From an uncultured Calditrichaceae bacterium (GTDB lineage: Bacteria > Calditrichota > Calditrichia > RBG-13-44-9), in NCBI GenBank assembly GCA_964452045.1, contig CAYVKM010000009.1, positions 2,925 through 66,924 on the forward strand: DNA of 64,000 nucleotides. The letters are read 5' to 3'. Shown here in pieces: positions 1 through 9,844 of the stretch. Both the position numbers and the translations under genes were made by a program. The notes under the pieces were generated by a model. That model did not search any database. It was given only the letters and a program-made list of their open reading frames with translations, and was not told the DNA's origin. Numbering within the stretch: position 1 is the stretch's first letter; every line of letters begins with the position of its first letter.

Positions 1-65
1 CAATATTTCAGAACTGCTTCTTCAATATCAGTAATACTAACTTTACCAGCTCGCTCTTTAAACAT
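1..65 (-). CDS. ileS: Isoleucine--tRNA ligase, N-terminal fragment (runs off window start)
   Basis: Manual translation from ATG at 65: MFKERAGKVSITDIEEAVLKY(W), resembling IleRS N-termini (MFK...E..IL.FW); expected position after yggS-divIVA-PNP. Not in ORF track. Confidence 0.65.
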   Translation of the reverse strand, partial: MFKERAGKVSITDIEEAVLKY

Positions 66-75
66 GTATGTATAC

Positions 76-303
76 CTATTTCTTGAATAACCTAAAAATG
101 AGTAATAGTAACAGGTTTATGATGATAAGGGTCGTTAAGGGGAAATAGAATGTGAAATTCTTTTTCTTAACTATGATGTCGCCCGGCAATTTCCCGATAA
201 ATGGTATTTTAATTCCGTACATGAATAATATGCCTATAACAATTATGATTATTCCGATGACAATTAGGATTTTCCCAAAAGGCTGTAAGGAAAATGATTC
301 CAT
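76..303 (-). CDS. DUF2905 family small membrane protein
   Basis: Two hydrophobic segments flanking GKLPGDI..K..NFTFYFPLTT motif typical of DUF2905. Confidence 0.85.
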   Translation of the reverse strand: MESFSLQPFGKILIVIGIIIIVIGILFMYGIKIPFIGKLPGDIIVKKKNFTFYFPLTTLIIINLLLLLIFRLFKK

Positions 304-308
304 ACTAA

Positions 309-1130
309 TTAAAGCCTCTCAATCACCTTTTTCATCAGCAAGGTCAATTTGGGCTGGGCATCGTTTGCAGTCCTGATAATATCCGCCACATTTGCCGGCT
401 GAAGGGCATCCGGAAAACATTCATCGGTAACTATTGAAATACCAAAAACCTCGATATTCATATGCCGGGCAACGATTACTTCGGGAATGGTAGACATACC
501 CACCACATCGGCTCCAATTCCTCGCAGGAAACGATATTCAGCCCGGGTTTCCAAATTTGGCCCGGAGACGGCTACGTAAACACCCCTTTGGATCTTTATC
601 TTTTCATCCAATGCACATTCCTCGGCAATCCCGATTAAACGCTTACTGTAAGGTTCGGACATATCAGGAAACCGTGGTCCCATTTGGTCATCATTAGGAC
701 CGATCAACGGATTATCTCCAAGTAGGTTGATATGATCTTCCATCACCATCATATCCCCTTTCCGATACAGGGGATTCATTCCTCCCGCAGCATTCGATAT
801 CACCAACGTTTTCACACCCAGAAATTTCATCACTCGGATAGGAAAGGTGATGTCTTTCATATCATAGCCTTCATAGAAATGAAACCGTCCCTGCATGGCA
901 ACCACTGATTTCCCGGAAATTTTGCCAAATATCAATTTTCCGGCATGGGTCTCAACCGTTGAAATTGAGAAATGGGGAATTTCCTTATAGGACAATTCTG
1001 CCGAAATATCAATTTCCTTCACCAGATCGCCCAAGCCGGTTCCCAGAACAATTCCCACTGTGGGCTTTACATCCGATTTCGTTCGGATAAATTGTATCGC
1101 ATCATCTACTTTTTTTCTGATTTCGCTCAT
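309..1130 (-). CDS. punA: Purine-nucleoside phosphorylase (trimeric PNP family)
   Basis: VLGTGLG, QGRFHFYEG, NAAGG, GPNLETRAE, VGMSTIPE motifs. Confidence 0.95.
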   Translation of the reverse strand: MSEIRKKVDDAIQFIRTKSDVKPTVGIVLGTGLGDLVKEIDISAELSYKEIPHFSISTVETHAGKLIFGKISGKSVVAMQGRFHFYEGYDMKDITFPIRVMKFLGVKTLVISNAAGGMNPLYRKGDMMVMEDHINLLGDNPLIGPNDDQMGPRFPDMSEPYSKRLIGIAEECALDEKIKIQRGVYVAVSGPNLETRAEYRFLRGIGADVVGMSTIPEVIVARHMNIEVFGISIVTDECFPDALQPANVADIIRTANDAQPKLTLLMKKVIERL

Positions 1131-1153
1131 AGATTATTCCATTAAGCTGTGGA

Positions 1154-1786
1154 TTATTTTTTCTTCTCCAGCTCATCCTTGAGCTTTTGCTTTTCTTCTT
1201 CAATTTTTTGAAGTTGTTGTTTCTCATCTTCAAGTTCATTTTCAAGATTCTTTTCTGCTTTCCGCATATACCGGATTTTCTGTATAGCTACATCCTTGTC
1301 TTTGTCCTGTCCCCGGATAGCAAACAATATGCTTCCTACAACTGCTCCGGCCCCTGCGGTAAAATAAGGTGGGACGTTTCCCACATCGGCATACCAGAAA
1401 GGCAACCCGACAACCAGACCTGCTGCCCCACCAACCACCGCGCCACCTAAAGCATACCCCCAGGTATTTTTATTATTTTTGTATTTCTCAATCTCTGCCG
1501 CGCTGATCGGATTTGCATCTAAATCGTATACAACATCCAGATGTTCCAGCCGGAGAATATCTTCCCGGGTCGCGGTATGAGTTTGATGATCTGCTTCGGA
1601 AATGTAGGTAATTTTTTCAGGGCCACTTTCCGTGATTATTCCGTTTGCGACATTTCCATCCCGGAAGATTATTTTAACCGCTTGGTAAGTCTTCGCATTT
1701 TTCATCGTCAGATTTTTACTACTGGAACAGGCAGAAAAGAGTAAGGCTAATCCGACAATAAAGCTGATATATAATTTAATTTTCAT
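1154..1786 (-). CDS. Hypothetical lipoprotein with glycine-rich hydrophobic hairpin and C-terminal coiled coil
   Basis: Lipobox LFSA-C; GGAVVGGAAGLVVG and AGAGAVVGS segments; E/K/Q-rich C-terminus; alternative GTG start at 1792 overlaps the divIVA stop. Confidence 0.7.
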   Translation of the reverse strand: MKIKLYISFIVGLALLFSACSSSKNLTMKNAKTYQAVKIIFRDGNVANGIITESGPEKITYISEADHQTHTATREDILRLEHLDVVYDLDANPISAAEIEKYKNNKNTWGYALGGAVVGGAAGLVVGLPFWYADVGNVPPYFTAGAGAVVGSILFAIRGQDKDKDVAIQKIRYMRKAEKNLENELEDEKQQLQKIEEEKQKLKDELEKKK

Positions 1787-1788
1787 AG

Positions 1789-2628
1789 TCACTTCTGTTT
1801 TTTATTATCAATATTTTTTATAAAATCATCAATCTGGATCTCTTTCTTAAAAAACTCATTGATTTCGTCATCTATCTTTTTTTGCCGGGAATCCTTTTCC
1901 GGTGCTTCCTTCTCCTTTTCCGAATTTTCCTTTTTCTCAGATCCTGATTTATCCTCTTCTGACTTACCGGAGGTTTTCTGCTTGTCTTTGGTAGACGAAT
2001 CAGAAGATTTTGCCGCTTCCTCCACACCTTCTACTTCCTCAGCAAGTTCAATATCCGATGCTCTCTCTTCCTTGCCTGATTTAGCTTTTGTCCTCTCCCG
2101 TGATTCACTTTCACTGAGAGGAAAATTCTTTCGGGACCGGAAGTTCTCCAGAAATTTAAATGCTTCCTCGGGCACCGCCTCATCAATTTCCAGCACTGAG
2201 AGAAGTTCAATTTGGGATATCAGAATTTGACGTAATCGGTTAATGAAAGATTCCTTCTGGGTTTTTAGGATACTAACCTCATCCCGCATCTTCCGGGCTT
2301 GCTTACGGGCCAGTTCAATGATTTCCAGAGCTTTTAACTCCGCTTCCTTAATCAGTAGATCTGCCTGCCGCCGGCTGCTCTCTTCGGACTGTTTTTTTAC
2401 TTCCTGGACATTTAACAGCGTTTCCCGGAGATTTTTCTCAGTTTCCTGAAAATCTTTCAATTTGGTTTCCAATTCAATGATCCGATTATTAAGATGTTTA
2501 TTTTCCTGGAGAACCTGCTCATACTCTTCCCCAACCATTTCCAGGAAAGTCTGCACCTCAATCGGATCAAAACCGCGCAGCGTTTTTCTGAATTCCTGTT
2601 TACGAATATCTAATGGCGTCAATTTCAT
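1789..2628 (-). CDS. divIVA: DivIVA domain protein
   Basis: N-terminal LTPLDIRKQEFRKTLRGFDPIEVQTFL, long coiled coil, charged low-complexity tail; follows yggS. Confidence 0.9.
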   Translation of the reverse strand: MKLTPLDIRKQEFRKTLRGFDPIEVQTFLEMVGEEYEQVLQENKHLNNRIIELETKLKDFQETEKNLRETLLNVQEVKKQSEESSRRQADLLIKEAELKALEIIELARKQARKMRDEVSILKTQKESFINRLRQILISQIELLSVLEIDEAVPEEAFKFLENFRSRKNFPLSESESRERTKAKSGKEERASDIELAEEVEGVEEAAKSSDSSTKDKQKTSGKSEEDKSGSEKKENSEKEKEAPEKDSRQKKIDDEINEFFKKEIQIDDFIKNIDNKKQK

Positions 2629-2685
2629 TACGCCCTCCTTTCCGAGAGGGTCTTTATTTATTATTCTGAACTGTTTAGTTTTCGG

Positions 2686-3381
2686 TCAATTTTCATAGTT
2701 TCTGGGTCCAAATATAGCAGTGCCTATCCGAACCATATTCGATCCTTCTTCTATTGCTAATTCGAAATCTGCGGACATTCCCATGGAAATTGTATCTATT
2801 TTAACATTAGGAATGTTTTGTGTTTTCAGGTTTTCAAAAATCTCTCTTAACTTTATAAAACATGGTCTTACCAATGCCGGATCTTCACTAAATAATCCGA
2901 TGGTCATTAATCCCTTAACTTCAACAGATGGCAATTGAGAAACTCGGAAAACCAGATCTTCTGCTTCCTCCGGGTTGCAGCCATATTTGGATTCTTCTCC
3001 ACTGGTGTTTACTTCAATTAAAACCGGCACTTTTTTTTCATTCTTTCCTGCCCGTTTATTTATTTCCTGGGCCAGATGATAAGTATCGACAGATTGAATT
3101 AAATCGAAAAGTTTAATGGCATATTTAACTTTATTGGTTTGTAAATGGCCAATCATATGCCAGGATACCTTTTCCACTTCATTAAACTTTTGTTGGGCTT
3201 CCTGAAATTTATTCTCTCCGATGATCCGAATACCTGCGGTAATGGCTTCATTAATTTTTGCCGGGGGAACCATTTTGCTAACCGCCACCAGGGTAATATC
3301 CTCCAGCTGGCGGCCGGTTTTTTCCGCGGATATAGCCATTTTTTCCATACATCTTTGAATATTGTCAGAGATCGAATTCAT
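2686..3381 (-). CDS. yggS: YggS family pyridoxal-phosphate homeostasis protein
   Basis: LVAVSK (PLP Lys), GEN, WHMIGHLQTNK, GLMTIG, SMGMSAD, VRIGTAIFG. Confidence 0.95.
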   Translation of the reverse strand: MNSISDNIQRCMEKMAISAEKTGRQLEDITLVAVSKMVPPAKINEAITAGIRIIGENKFQEAQQKFNEVEKVSWHMIGHLQTNKVKYAIKLFDLIQSVDTYHLAQEINKRAGKNEKKVPVLIEVNTSGEESKYGCNPEEAEDLVFRVSQLPSVEVKGLMTIGLFSEDPALVRPCFIKLREIFENLKTQNIPNVKIDTISMGMSADFELAIEEGSNMVRIGTAIFGPRNYEN

Positions 3382-3424
3382 TTCATTAAACTGATCCTAC
3401 AGCTCAGTTAATTCAAATTCCCGC

Positions 3425-3754
3425 TTATTTTCCCTCAGGCGGTGGTTGAAATCCAAATTGCCGGTTTCCGGCCTGCAAACCGTGTAGTTTTATTTCACCG
3501 TATTGTGCTTCATATTTTTTAACATTTTCATCCAGAGCCTTTAACAAGCTTTTGGCATGTTGCGGGGTCATAATGATCCGGGCATACACTTTGGTTTTAG
3601 GGACGCCGGGAAGCAGCCTGGTAAAATCTATAACAAATTCCGCAGGAGAATGGGTAATCAGAGCTAAATTTGAATAAATTCCCTCAGCTTGCTCAGGGGA
3701 TAATTCAATATTAATTTGCTGATGTGCTTGTTGCTGTTGATTTTTTTGGTCCAT
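3425..3754 (-). CDS. DUF3467 family protein
   Basis: AEGIYSNLALITHSPAEFVIDF...RIIMTPQHAK motif. Confidence 0.9.
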   Translation of the reverse strand: MDQKNQQQQAHQQINIELSPEQAEGIYSNLALITHSPAEFVIDFTRLLPGVPKTKVYARIIMTPQHAKSLLKALDENVKKYEAQYGEIKLHGLQAGNRQFGFQPPPEGK

Positions 3755-3799
3755 TTAGGTTATTCCTCATGTTATCAAATTTCAAAATAATAAGCGTAG

Positions 3800-3828
3800 A
3801 ATTTACAACATATCAAAAAATAAGTCAA
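3800..3828 (-). promoter_or_regulatory. Putative sigma70-type promoter for the DUF3467-yggS-divIVA-ileS run
   Basis: Minus strand TTGACT-N17-TAAATT in the divergent gap. Confidence 0.5.
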
Positions 3829-3859
3829 GAGAACTATATTTAACAAAATTACTTGGTAA

Positions 3860-5671
3860 ATGCAAAAAATACCAGACCATATAATCGACCGAATACGGGA
3901 TTCAGTGGACATTGTAGAAGTTGTCTCCCGCTATATTTCCCTGAAGAAACAGGGAAAGAATTACAAATCGAGCTGTCCGTTTCATACCGAGAAAACACCC
4001 TCTTTTACGGTTAGCCCGGATAAACAGATTTTTTACTGCTTTGGATGTGGTGCAGGTGGTAACGTCTTTAATTTTTTAATGCGCTATGAAAAAGTCACCT
4101 TTATTGAAGCCGTGCAAAAATTGGCGGCGGAAACCGGAATTGAACTACCAAAATACAAGGTGGATGAACAGCAGGTAAGCGAATATGAAAAGTTATATCG
4201 CGCCCACCAGTTTGCTGCGGACGAGTACTATAATTACCTGAAAGACCATTTTGATGAAATTAAAGAATATTTGGATAAAAGAGGTGTTCAGCAAAAGACA
4301 ATTGATTTTTTCAAGATAGGTTATGTTCCAAATGAATGGGATTATCTTTACAATAGAATTAACCAGGAAAAAATGTCCATCGAACCATTTATCCAGTCCG
4401 GGCTTATCCTGACCAGTGAAAAAGAATCCCGGAAAAAATATGACCGGTTTCGTCAGCGGATTATCTTCCCGATTCACAATCTTTCCGGTCGAATTGTGGC
4501 ATTTGGTGGCAGAACCCTCTCCGCAGACCCGAATAGTCCGAAATATCTAAACTCTCCCGAATCACCGATCTACAATAAAAGCCAGATGCTATATGGTCTG
4601 TATTTTTCCAAAGATTGGATCCGACAGGAAGAATCGGCCATTTTTGTAGAAGGTTACATGGATTTTATTCAACTCTTTCAAAATGGGATCAAAAATATTG
4701 TAGCCACCAGCGGAACAGCGCTTACCGAAGAACATGCCAAACTTATAAAAAGATACACCCGGAATGTTTTTCTTTGCTACGATGCAGATGAGGCAGGAAT
4801 AAATGCCGCCTTAAGAGGTGGTCAGATACTATTTGAGAATGATCTGGAAGTTCGGGTACTTATTTTACCGGAAAATGAGGATCCGGACAGCTATGTGCAA
4901 AAAAATGGACCACCGGCTTTCTACGCTCTGTTAAATGAAGCGAATGAATATTTTCATTTTAAAAATGAATATTTGGAAAATTCGCTCAAAGGAACAGATA
5001 TATCAAAAAGATCCAAAGTTGTTGAAGAGTTAATCACAACCCTGGTTAACCATAAGGATCCGGTGAAACAAAACATGTATGTTAATTTGCTTGCACAACG
5101 ATACGGACTCCAGGAAAATACACTGATGGAGGAGATAAGGAAGAGACAGAAAATCCTCCGATCCAGGGAACGGCGGACAACAAGCATCGACACAGTGAAT
5201 ACATCACCCCTGGCGGAGGTAAAACCGATGACCGGTGCCTGGAGTGCAGAAAAGGATATTATTATTATTTTATTAAAATACTATAAGGAGCTAAAAAATT
5301 TAATTTTCAGTCTGGTAGAGGCTGATGATTTTTTGAATGAAGACTTTCGCAGAGCATACCAGTTTATCCAAGATAATCCAAGTACACAGAGTCAGGAACT
5401 GTTGCATCACATCCTTGCCCTTGATATAGATGAACATAGTTTAAGTTTGTTGACTGGCGACATTTTTCAGGATATCGAGAATCCGGATAAATATTTAAAT
5501 GACTGCATTAAAAAATTAAAGCTGACCCGCTATCAAAGGGATATAGATATGCTTCGGTCGAACCTGAAAACAATGTCACCGCAGGATGCTGATTATCAAA
5601 GTACCCTGAAGAAAATGAACGATTCCCTGCGCCAGATACAGGAATTAAGGAAAGTATTTGACACAAAATAG
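3860..5671 (+). CDS. dnaG: DNA primase
   Basis: CHC2 zinc finger CPFHTEKTPSF...CFGC, PKYLNSPE, TOPRIM VEGYMD and YDAD.AG, DPD motif. Confidence 0.97.
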   Translation: MQKIPDHIIDRIRDSVDIVEVVSRYISLKKQGKNYKSSCPFHTEKTPSFTVSPDKQIFYCFGCGAGGNVFNFLMRYEKVTFIEAVQKLAAETGIELPKYKVDEQQVSEYEKLYRAHQFAADEYYNYLKDHFDEIKEYLDKRGVQQKTIDFFKIGYVPNEWDYLYNRINQEKMSIEPFIQSGLILTSEKESRKKYDRFRQRIIFPIHNLSGRIVAFGGRTLSADPNSPKYLNSPESPIYNKSQMLYGLYFSKDWIRQEESAIFVEGYMDFIQLFQNGIKNIVATSGTALTEEHAKLIKRYTRNVFLCYDADEAGINAALRGGQILFENDLEVRVLILPENEDPDSYVQKNGPPAFYALLNEANEYFHFKNEYLENSLKGTDISKRSKVVEELITTLVNHKDPVKQNMYVNLLAQRYGLQENTLMEEIRKRQKILRSRERRTTSIDTVNTSPLAEVKPMTGAWSAEKDIIIILLKYYKELKNLIFSLVEADDFLNEDFRRAYQFIQDNPSTQSQELLHHILALDIDEHSLSLLTGDIFQDIENPDKYLNDCIKKLKLTRYQRDIDMLRSNLKTMSPQDADYQSTLKKMNDSLRQIQELRKVFDTK

Positions 5672-5765
5672 AAACAAAATTTACCCCATAGCTATCCTAT
5701 CCATCCGATAAAATTTAATAGTTTACCGATTGACTTTCCGGATCAAAACTCCAAAATGACAAGAG

Positions 5766-5802
5766 TGAAATTTTATTCAATTTCATTGTGACATCTGTCA
5801 CC
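5766..5802. promoter_or_regulatory. Two adjacent palindromes, one matching a CRP/FNR-family box
   Basis: TGAAATT-N6-AATTTCA (5766-5785) then TGTGA-CATCTG-TCACC (5787-5802; 9/10 match to TGTGA-N6-TCACA); TTGACC follows at 5808. Confidence 0.45.
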
Positions 5803-5883
5803 CAGACTTGACCTTTACCCGTCTAATTTTATTCAGTCGCAATAAAATGTTTAAAATGATCATAGATATAGAGATTTAAAACA

Positions 5884-6282
5884 ATGATGCCCACTCCATC
5901 CTGCGATATTCTGGTCGTTGATGATAATTACGAACAGGCAAATATCCTTAAATTGCTGATTGAACAGTACGGCTTCAACGCCCGGTTCACGACTGATAGT
6001 ACTACCGCAATGGAGAAAATTGAAGCGTTCAAGCCTCGTCTGGTCATTCTGGATCTCATGATGCCGGAAGTGGATGGGTTGAGACTTTGTAAAGCAATCA
6101 AAGAAAATCCTGACATGGCAGATATAAAAATTATCATATACTCGGGGAAACTATACGATTCTGACAAAAGGAAGGCACTTGCTCTGGGAGCTGATTTATT
6201 TTTAACAAAGCCTACCCGCTCCTATGTCTTGCTGGATGCAATTAAAAATCTATTGCTTCCCGTCACAAATGAAATCCATTAA
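5884..6282 (+). CDS. Single-domain response regulator (REC)
   Basis: ILVVDD, ILDLMMPEVDG (phospho-Asp), YSG, FLTKP. Confidence 0.92.
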   Translation: MMPTPSCDILVVDDNYEQANILKLLIEQYGFNARFTTDSTTAMEKIEAFKPRLVILDLMMPEVDGLRLCKAIKENPDMADIKIIIYSGKLYDSDKRKALALGADLFLTKPTRSYVLLDAIKNLLLPVTNEIH

Positions 6283-7186
6283 TATAAAATTCTGGGGTGT
6301 CAGGGGTTCAATCCCCACTCCGGGTTACTCAACCCTGCATTATGGGGGAAATACCTCATGTGTAGAAGTGGCTTTTAAAAACGGACCTCATGTTATTCTG
6401 GATGCCGGGACCGGGATCAGAGAGTTGGGGAAGTATCTTCAGAAATCAAAAAAACCTTTAAATTCTTATATTTTACTAAGCCATTTCCACTGGGATCATA
6501 TCCAGGGTCTCCCCTTCTTTCGTCCGGCGTTTAATCCGGACAATAAATTTACCATCATCGGTTCGGATGATCCGGCCATTCATCTGGATCAAATCATCTC
6601 ATTTCAGATGGATCCCACTTATTTTCCCATCACTATTGATGATATGAGAGCAGACATCAGTTTTCGGTCAATCAAAGAAGAGAGTTTTTCTTTGGAGGGT
6701 GTGGATGTTCAGACTTTATATTTAAATCATCCGGGTTATGCGCTGGGTTTTCGTTTAACCTTTCAAAATTCATCATTGATTTATATTAGTGATAACGAGC
6801 CCTTTCAACATGACAAAAACACTGAGATAGAAAAAATAAAATCTATCAACAAAGAAAAGATTGAAGAGGTATTCGAATCCTATGTTGAAAACAAAAATCA
6901 AAATTTGATAAAATTTTGTGAAAACGCGGATCTTCTCATCCATGATACCCAGTATCTTGCTGAAGAATATAAAGATAAGATTACCTGGGGACACTCGCCG
7001 GTAAACTTTACCGTGGAATTAGCGATGAGAAGTAAGGTTAAGCAATTGATTCTGTTCCATCATGATCCGGATCATGACGATGCTGCCATTGATCGGATTG
7101 AACAATTGAGCAAAAAAATTCTGAGAAGCTATAAATCCAGGATAGCCTGCCGGGCGGCGCAGGAGGGCATGGTCATCGAGATCTAA
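6269..7186 (+). CDS. MBL-fold metallo-hydrolase (GVRGS...YGGNTSC subfamily, phosphodiesterase/RNase Z-like)
   Basis: WGVRGSIPTPG, YGGNTSCVEV, SHFHWDHIQG (HxHxDH), HPG, SDNE, GHS, FHHDP; start moved to ATG 6269 overlapping the REC gene end. Confidence 0.88.
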   Translation: MKSINIKFWGVRGSIPTPGYSTLHYGGNTSCVEVAFKNGPHVILDAGTGIRELGKYLQKSKKPLNSYILLSHFHWDHIQGLPFFRPAFNPDNKFTIIGSDDPAIHLDQIISFQMDPTYFPITIDDMRADISFRSIKEESFSLEGVDVQTLYLNHPGYALGFRLTFQNSSLIYISDNEPFQHDKNTEIEKIKSINKEKIEEVFESYVENKNQNLIKFCENADLLIHDTQYLAEEYKDKITWGHSPVNFTVELAMRSKVKQLILFHHDPDHDDAAIDRIEQLSKKILRSYKSRIACRAAQEGMVIEI

Positions 7187-7209
7187 TGATACATCCTTTG
7201 CCTTCAATC

Positions 7210-8961
7210 TTATTTCTTTGTTAACACAACGGTTTTCTTAATTTCCTTATACAGATTTTGGGAGGGATCGAATATCTGGATAATTAAAATATAAAGCCCA
7301 ATCCGGGATACTCTGCCATCCTCATTTTTACCATCCCAAATGAACTGGCCTTTTTGTGCAACAGGAGCTCTGTTGGTTAACCTTTTTATTTTCCGACCGG
7401 CCATATCATAAATATCGATCGTCAAAAACCCGGTCAAAATAGGGAGAGAAAAGTCTATGATGGCAACATCTTCAAATCCATCACTATCAGGAGAAAATGG
7501 GTTGGGTTCAATGGTTACCAGAGATTCCGATGATTTCTTTTCAACATAGACAGAATTTATTTCTCCGGGAGTACCCCCTTTTAGACTCACCGATGCCGCC
7601 CAATTATCGGCCAGGGAAGCTGATATTACCGGATTTATTCTCTCCAGGGAAACACCTGCTTCCACTTCGCGACCCATCCAGCTATCGGAATAAGAAACCC
7701 GGTCTACAATCCGACCCGATGGACTCAATATTTTCAGATCATCATAATCATTGTTCAAGGTCGGAAAGGATTTTACAATTGTGACTTTGTGATATGGCAC
7801 CAGGAATGTATCAAAGATAGTAGAATCAGCACAAATTACAAAATAATCCCGACTGTTAATATTGGCTTCCGGGGAGGTAATCCTCGCCGTATCACGCGAA
7901 TCTGCAACATACCAGTTATTCAAATTTATCTGACTTGAATTACCATTATACAATTCTATCCACTCGCTTTTCCCGGTCAATGGTCGGTACATTATTTCAT
8001 TGATTACCAAAGTTTCGGAAGAGGTTTCAACAATAATTTCAAGAAATCCGGAATTATTTGCCAGGTTTTCATCTGGGTCGTAATTAAGAATAGCTCCCAA
8101 AACATAGGGGTCAGCAGACAAACCCTCCACCTCTGTCTGAAAATTCAAGGTATCCTGACCAGCCAGATTTAACAAAATATCATTTTCGTAGAGCAATTCC
8201 CCCGGATCCTCATCATTATTACGATTATAATCATTGAAAACGGTAATATGTGCCAGATTAACAAAATTTAAACCTTCATTTTTTATCACCAGATTAAACT
8301 GGAAATTTTCATATTCCAGGGGATACTCCGGGATAATGTGAAGAGAACCGAGACTTAAATCATAATCATACGGTGTAATGGAATTCCTAAATCCCGGAGT
8401 CCCGCGAAAATGTGTTGAGTTTCCCCAGTTGGAAGGAGAATTATCAGAAGTTAATTGAATTTTTTCGTCGGAATATCCCGGGGGATTGTCAATCGAATAG
8501 GTATAGGATTGCACAGTATCGCCGGCCGGATTTACCAGTCGAACGGACTCGGGATCCGAATTTGACCACCCGAAACTGCCGAAGCTGCCATCATCTATTT
8601 TAACAATTAACGCTTCCTGGGGAATCAGACTGTCGTAAATGGTGGAGTTGCCAAAATAACTTCCATCAAGGATAACCGCAAAACCATTAGCTGATAAATC
8701 CAAACCCTGACCGGCGTCAACAATATTATCCAGTTCAATACCGTCCCCAATTTTCCAATCAGTTAAATTTATCGTGTTATTGCTGGAATTATAAACCTCC
8801 ACATATTCATTATGGCTTTCCAACGTATCGGCATCAAACATGACTTCGGTGAGTATGATCTGGGCGTAAATAGAGTTCATTGTGCAGAGAGTCAGGAAAA
8901 TTATGAAACCCAGAGAAGCAAACTTTTTTGATTTTAAAATGAAAGAACAGAAATATTGCAT
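7210..8961 (-). CDS. Secreted lamin-tail-domain protein (2x LTD, CARDB-like) with FlgD-Ig/T9SS-like C-terminal domain
   Basis: ILTEVMFD...EYVEVYN and VINEIMY...EWIELYN repeats, each ending GTPG; C-terminal NPFSPDSDG...IYDMAGRKIK...WDGKN...GLYI; ATG 8961 preceded by GGAGG. Confidence 0.8.
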   Translation of the reverse strand: MQYFCSFILKSKKFASLGFIIFLTLCTMNSIYAQIILTEVMFDADTLESHNEYVEVYNSSNNTINLTDWKIGDGIELDNIVDAGQGLDLSANGFAVILDGSYFGNSTIYDSLIPQEALIVKIDDGSFGSFGWSNSDPESVRLVNPAGDTVQSYTYSIDNPPGYSDEKIQLTSDNSPSNWGNSTHFRGTPGFRNSITPYDYDLSLGSLHIIPEYPLEYENFQFNLVIKNEGLNFVNLAHITVFNDYNRNNDEDPGELLYENDILLNLAGQDTLNFQTEVEGLSADPYVLGAILNYDPDENLANNSGFLEIIVETSSETLVINEIMYRPLTGKSEWIELYNGNSSQINLNNWYVADSRDTARITSPEANINSRDYFVICADSTIFDTFLVPYHKVTIVKSFPTLNNDYDDLKILSPSGRIVDRVSYSDSWMGREVEAGVSLERINPVISASLADNWAASVSLKGGTPGEINSVYVEKKSSESLVTIEPNPFSPDSDGFEDVAIIDFSLPILTGFLTIDIYDMAGRKIKRLTNRAPVAQKGQFIWDGKNEDGRVSRIGLYILIIQIFDPSQNLYKEIKKTVVLTKK

Positions 8962-9014
8962 AACCACCTCCAACCAATCTCTCAATCACTGTTTAATTTA
9001 TTTTAAATGAGTAA

Positions 9015-9827
9015 TCAATTTTCAGAAAAAATGGTATCCCCTTCCCAATTATTCCACTCTTTTATTTCAATTTTCACATTTCCGATAAATGCTTTCATAT
9101 AGGCTTTTAACGGAACACTCTGTAGATCGGTGGAAAAATAACCTCTGAATTCATTTTTGACGCCTGCAATTCCAATAAACTTAAGTTTCCCGTCCAGATA
9201 GAAACCCGACACCTTGTGACTATTGGCGTCTGTCTCCCGCTCCTCCCCGGTAAAATTGATATGCGTCTTTTCAAATTTATTGTAAGCAAATACGGGCATT
9301 TCCATCTGTAATTTGTTTTTGGCCATGGCCCGGGCAAAATAGAGCATTGAAAGACTATCTTCCACTTTTTCGGGAATGGTAACCAGGGAATCTAATGTCC
9401 TGACCACCTTATCTTTAAATTGCTTTTCAATAATGATCTTCACCACATTCCGGGTATAATCAAAATCATATCTGGTATACAAGACATAATCATTTTCCTG
9501 TTCATAACTTAAAAAAATATGGGAGTAAAAACCATCCGCATCAATATAGCTATCAAAAATACTGTGAAGAGTAATAAAAGGAACAGAGGGATTTGAATCC
9601 ATGTGAATTCGGCAATGGTAAATCGGACGGGAATTAACAGTATCATGGCTTAATACCTGCAATTTCAGTTCTCCCAAAGTTATGAATGTCCATTTTACCG
9701 AATAGGTTAATTCCTCCCCTACCTGCCACTTGAATTCAAAATTATTTTGATCTGCGGGATATAATCCTGATGGATAAAGCAGGATCCAAAAGAGAAAAAC
9801 CAGGGAAATATATTTCACGTTCCTCAT
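9015..9827 (-). CDS. DUF3108 family exported protein
   Basis: Signal peptide; GEELTYSVKW..., DSLSMLYFAR, C-terminal VPLKA...FIGNVKI. Confidence 0.75.
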   Translation of the reverse strand: MRNVKYISLVFLFWILLYPSGLYPADQNNFEFKWQVGEELTYSVKWTFITLGELKLQVLSHDTVNSRPIYHCRIHMDSNPSVPFITLHSIFDSYIDADGFYSHIFLSYEQENDYVLYTRYDFDYTRNVVKIIIEKQFKDKVVRTLDSLVTIPEKVEDSLSMLYFARAMAKNKLQMEMPVFAYNKFEKTHINFTGEERETDANSHKVSGFYLDGKLKFIGIAGVKNEFRGYFSTDLQSVPLKAYMKAFIGNVKIEIKEWNNWEGDTIFSEN

Positions 9828-9844
9828 AACCTTATAACTGATAA

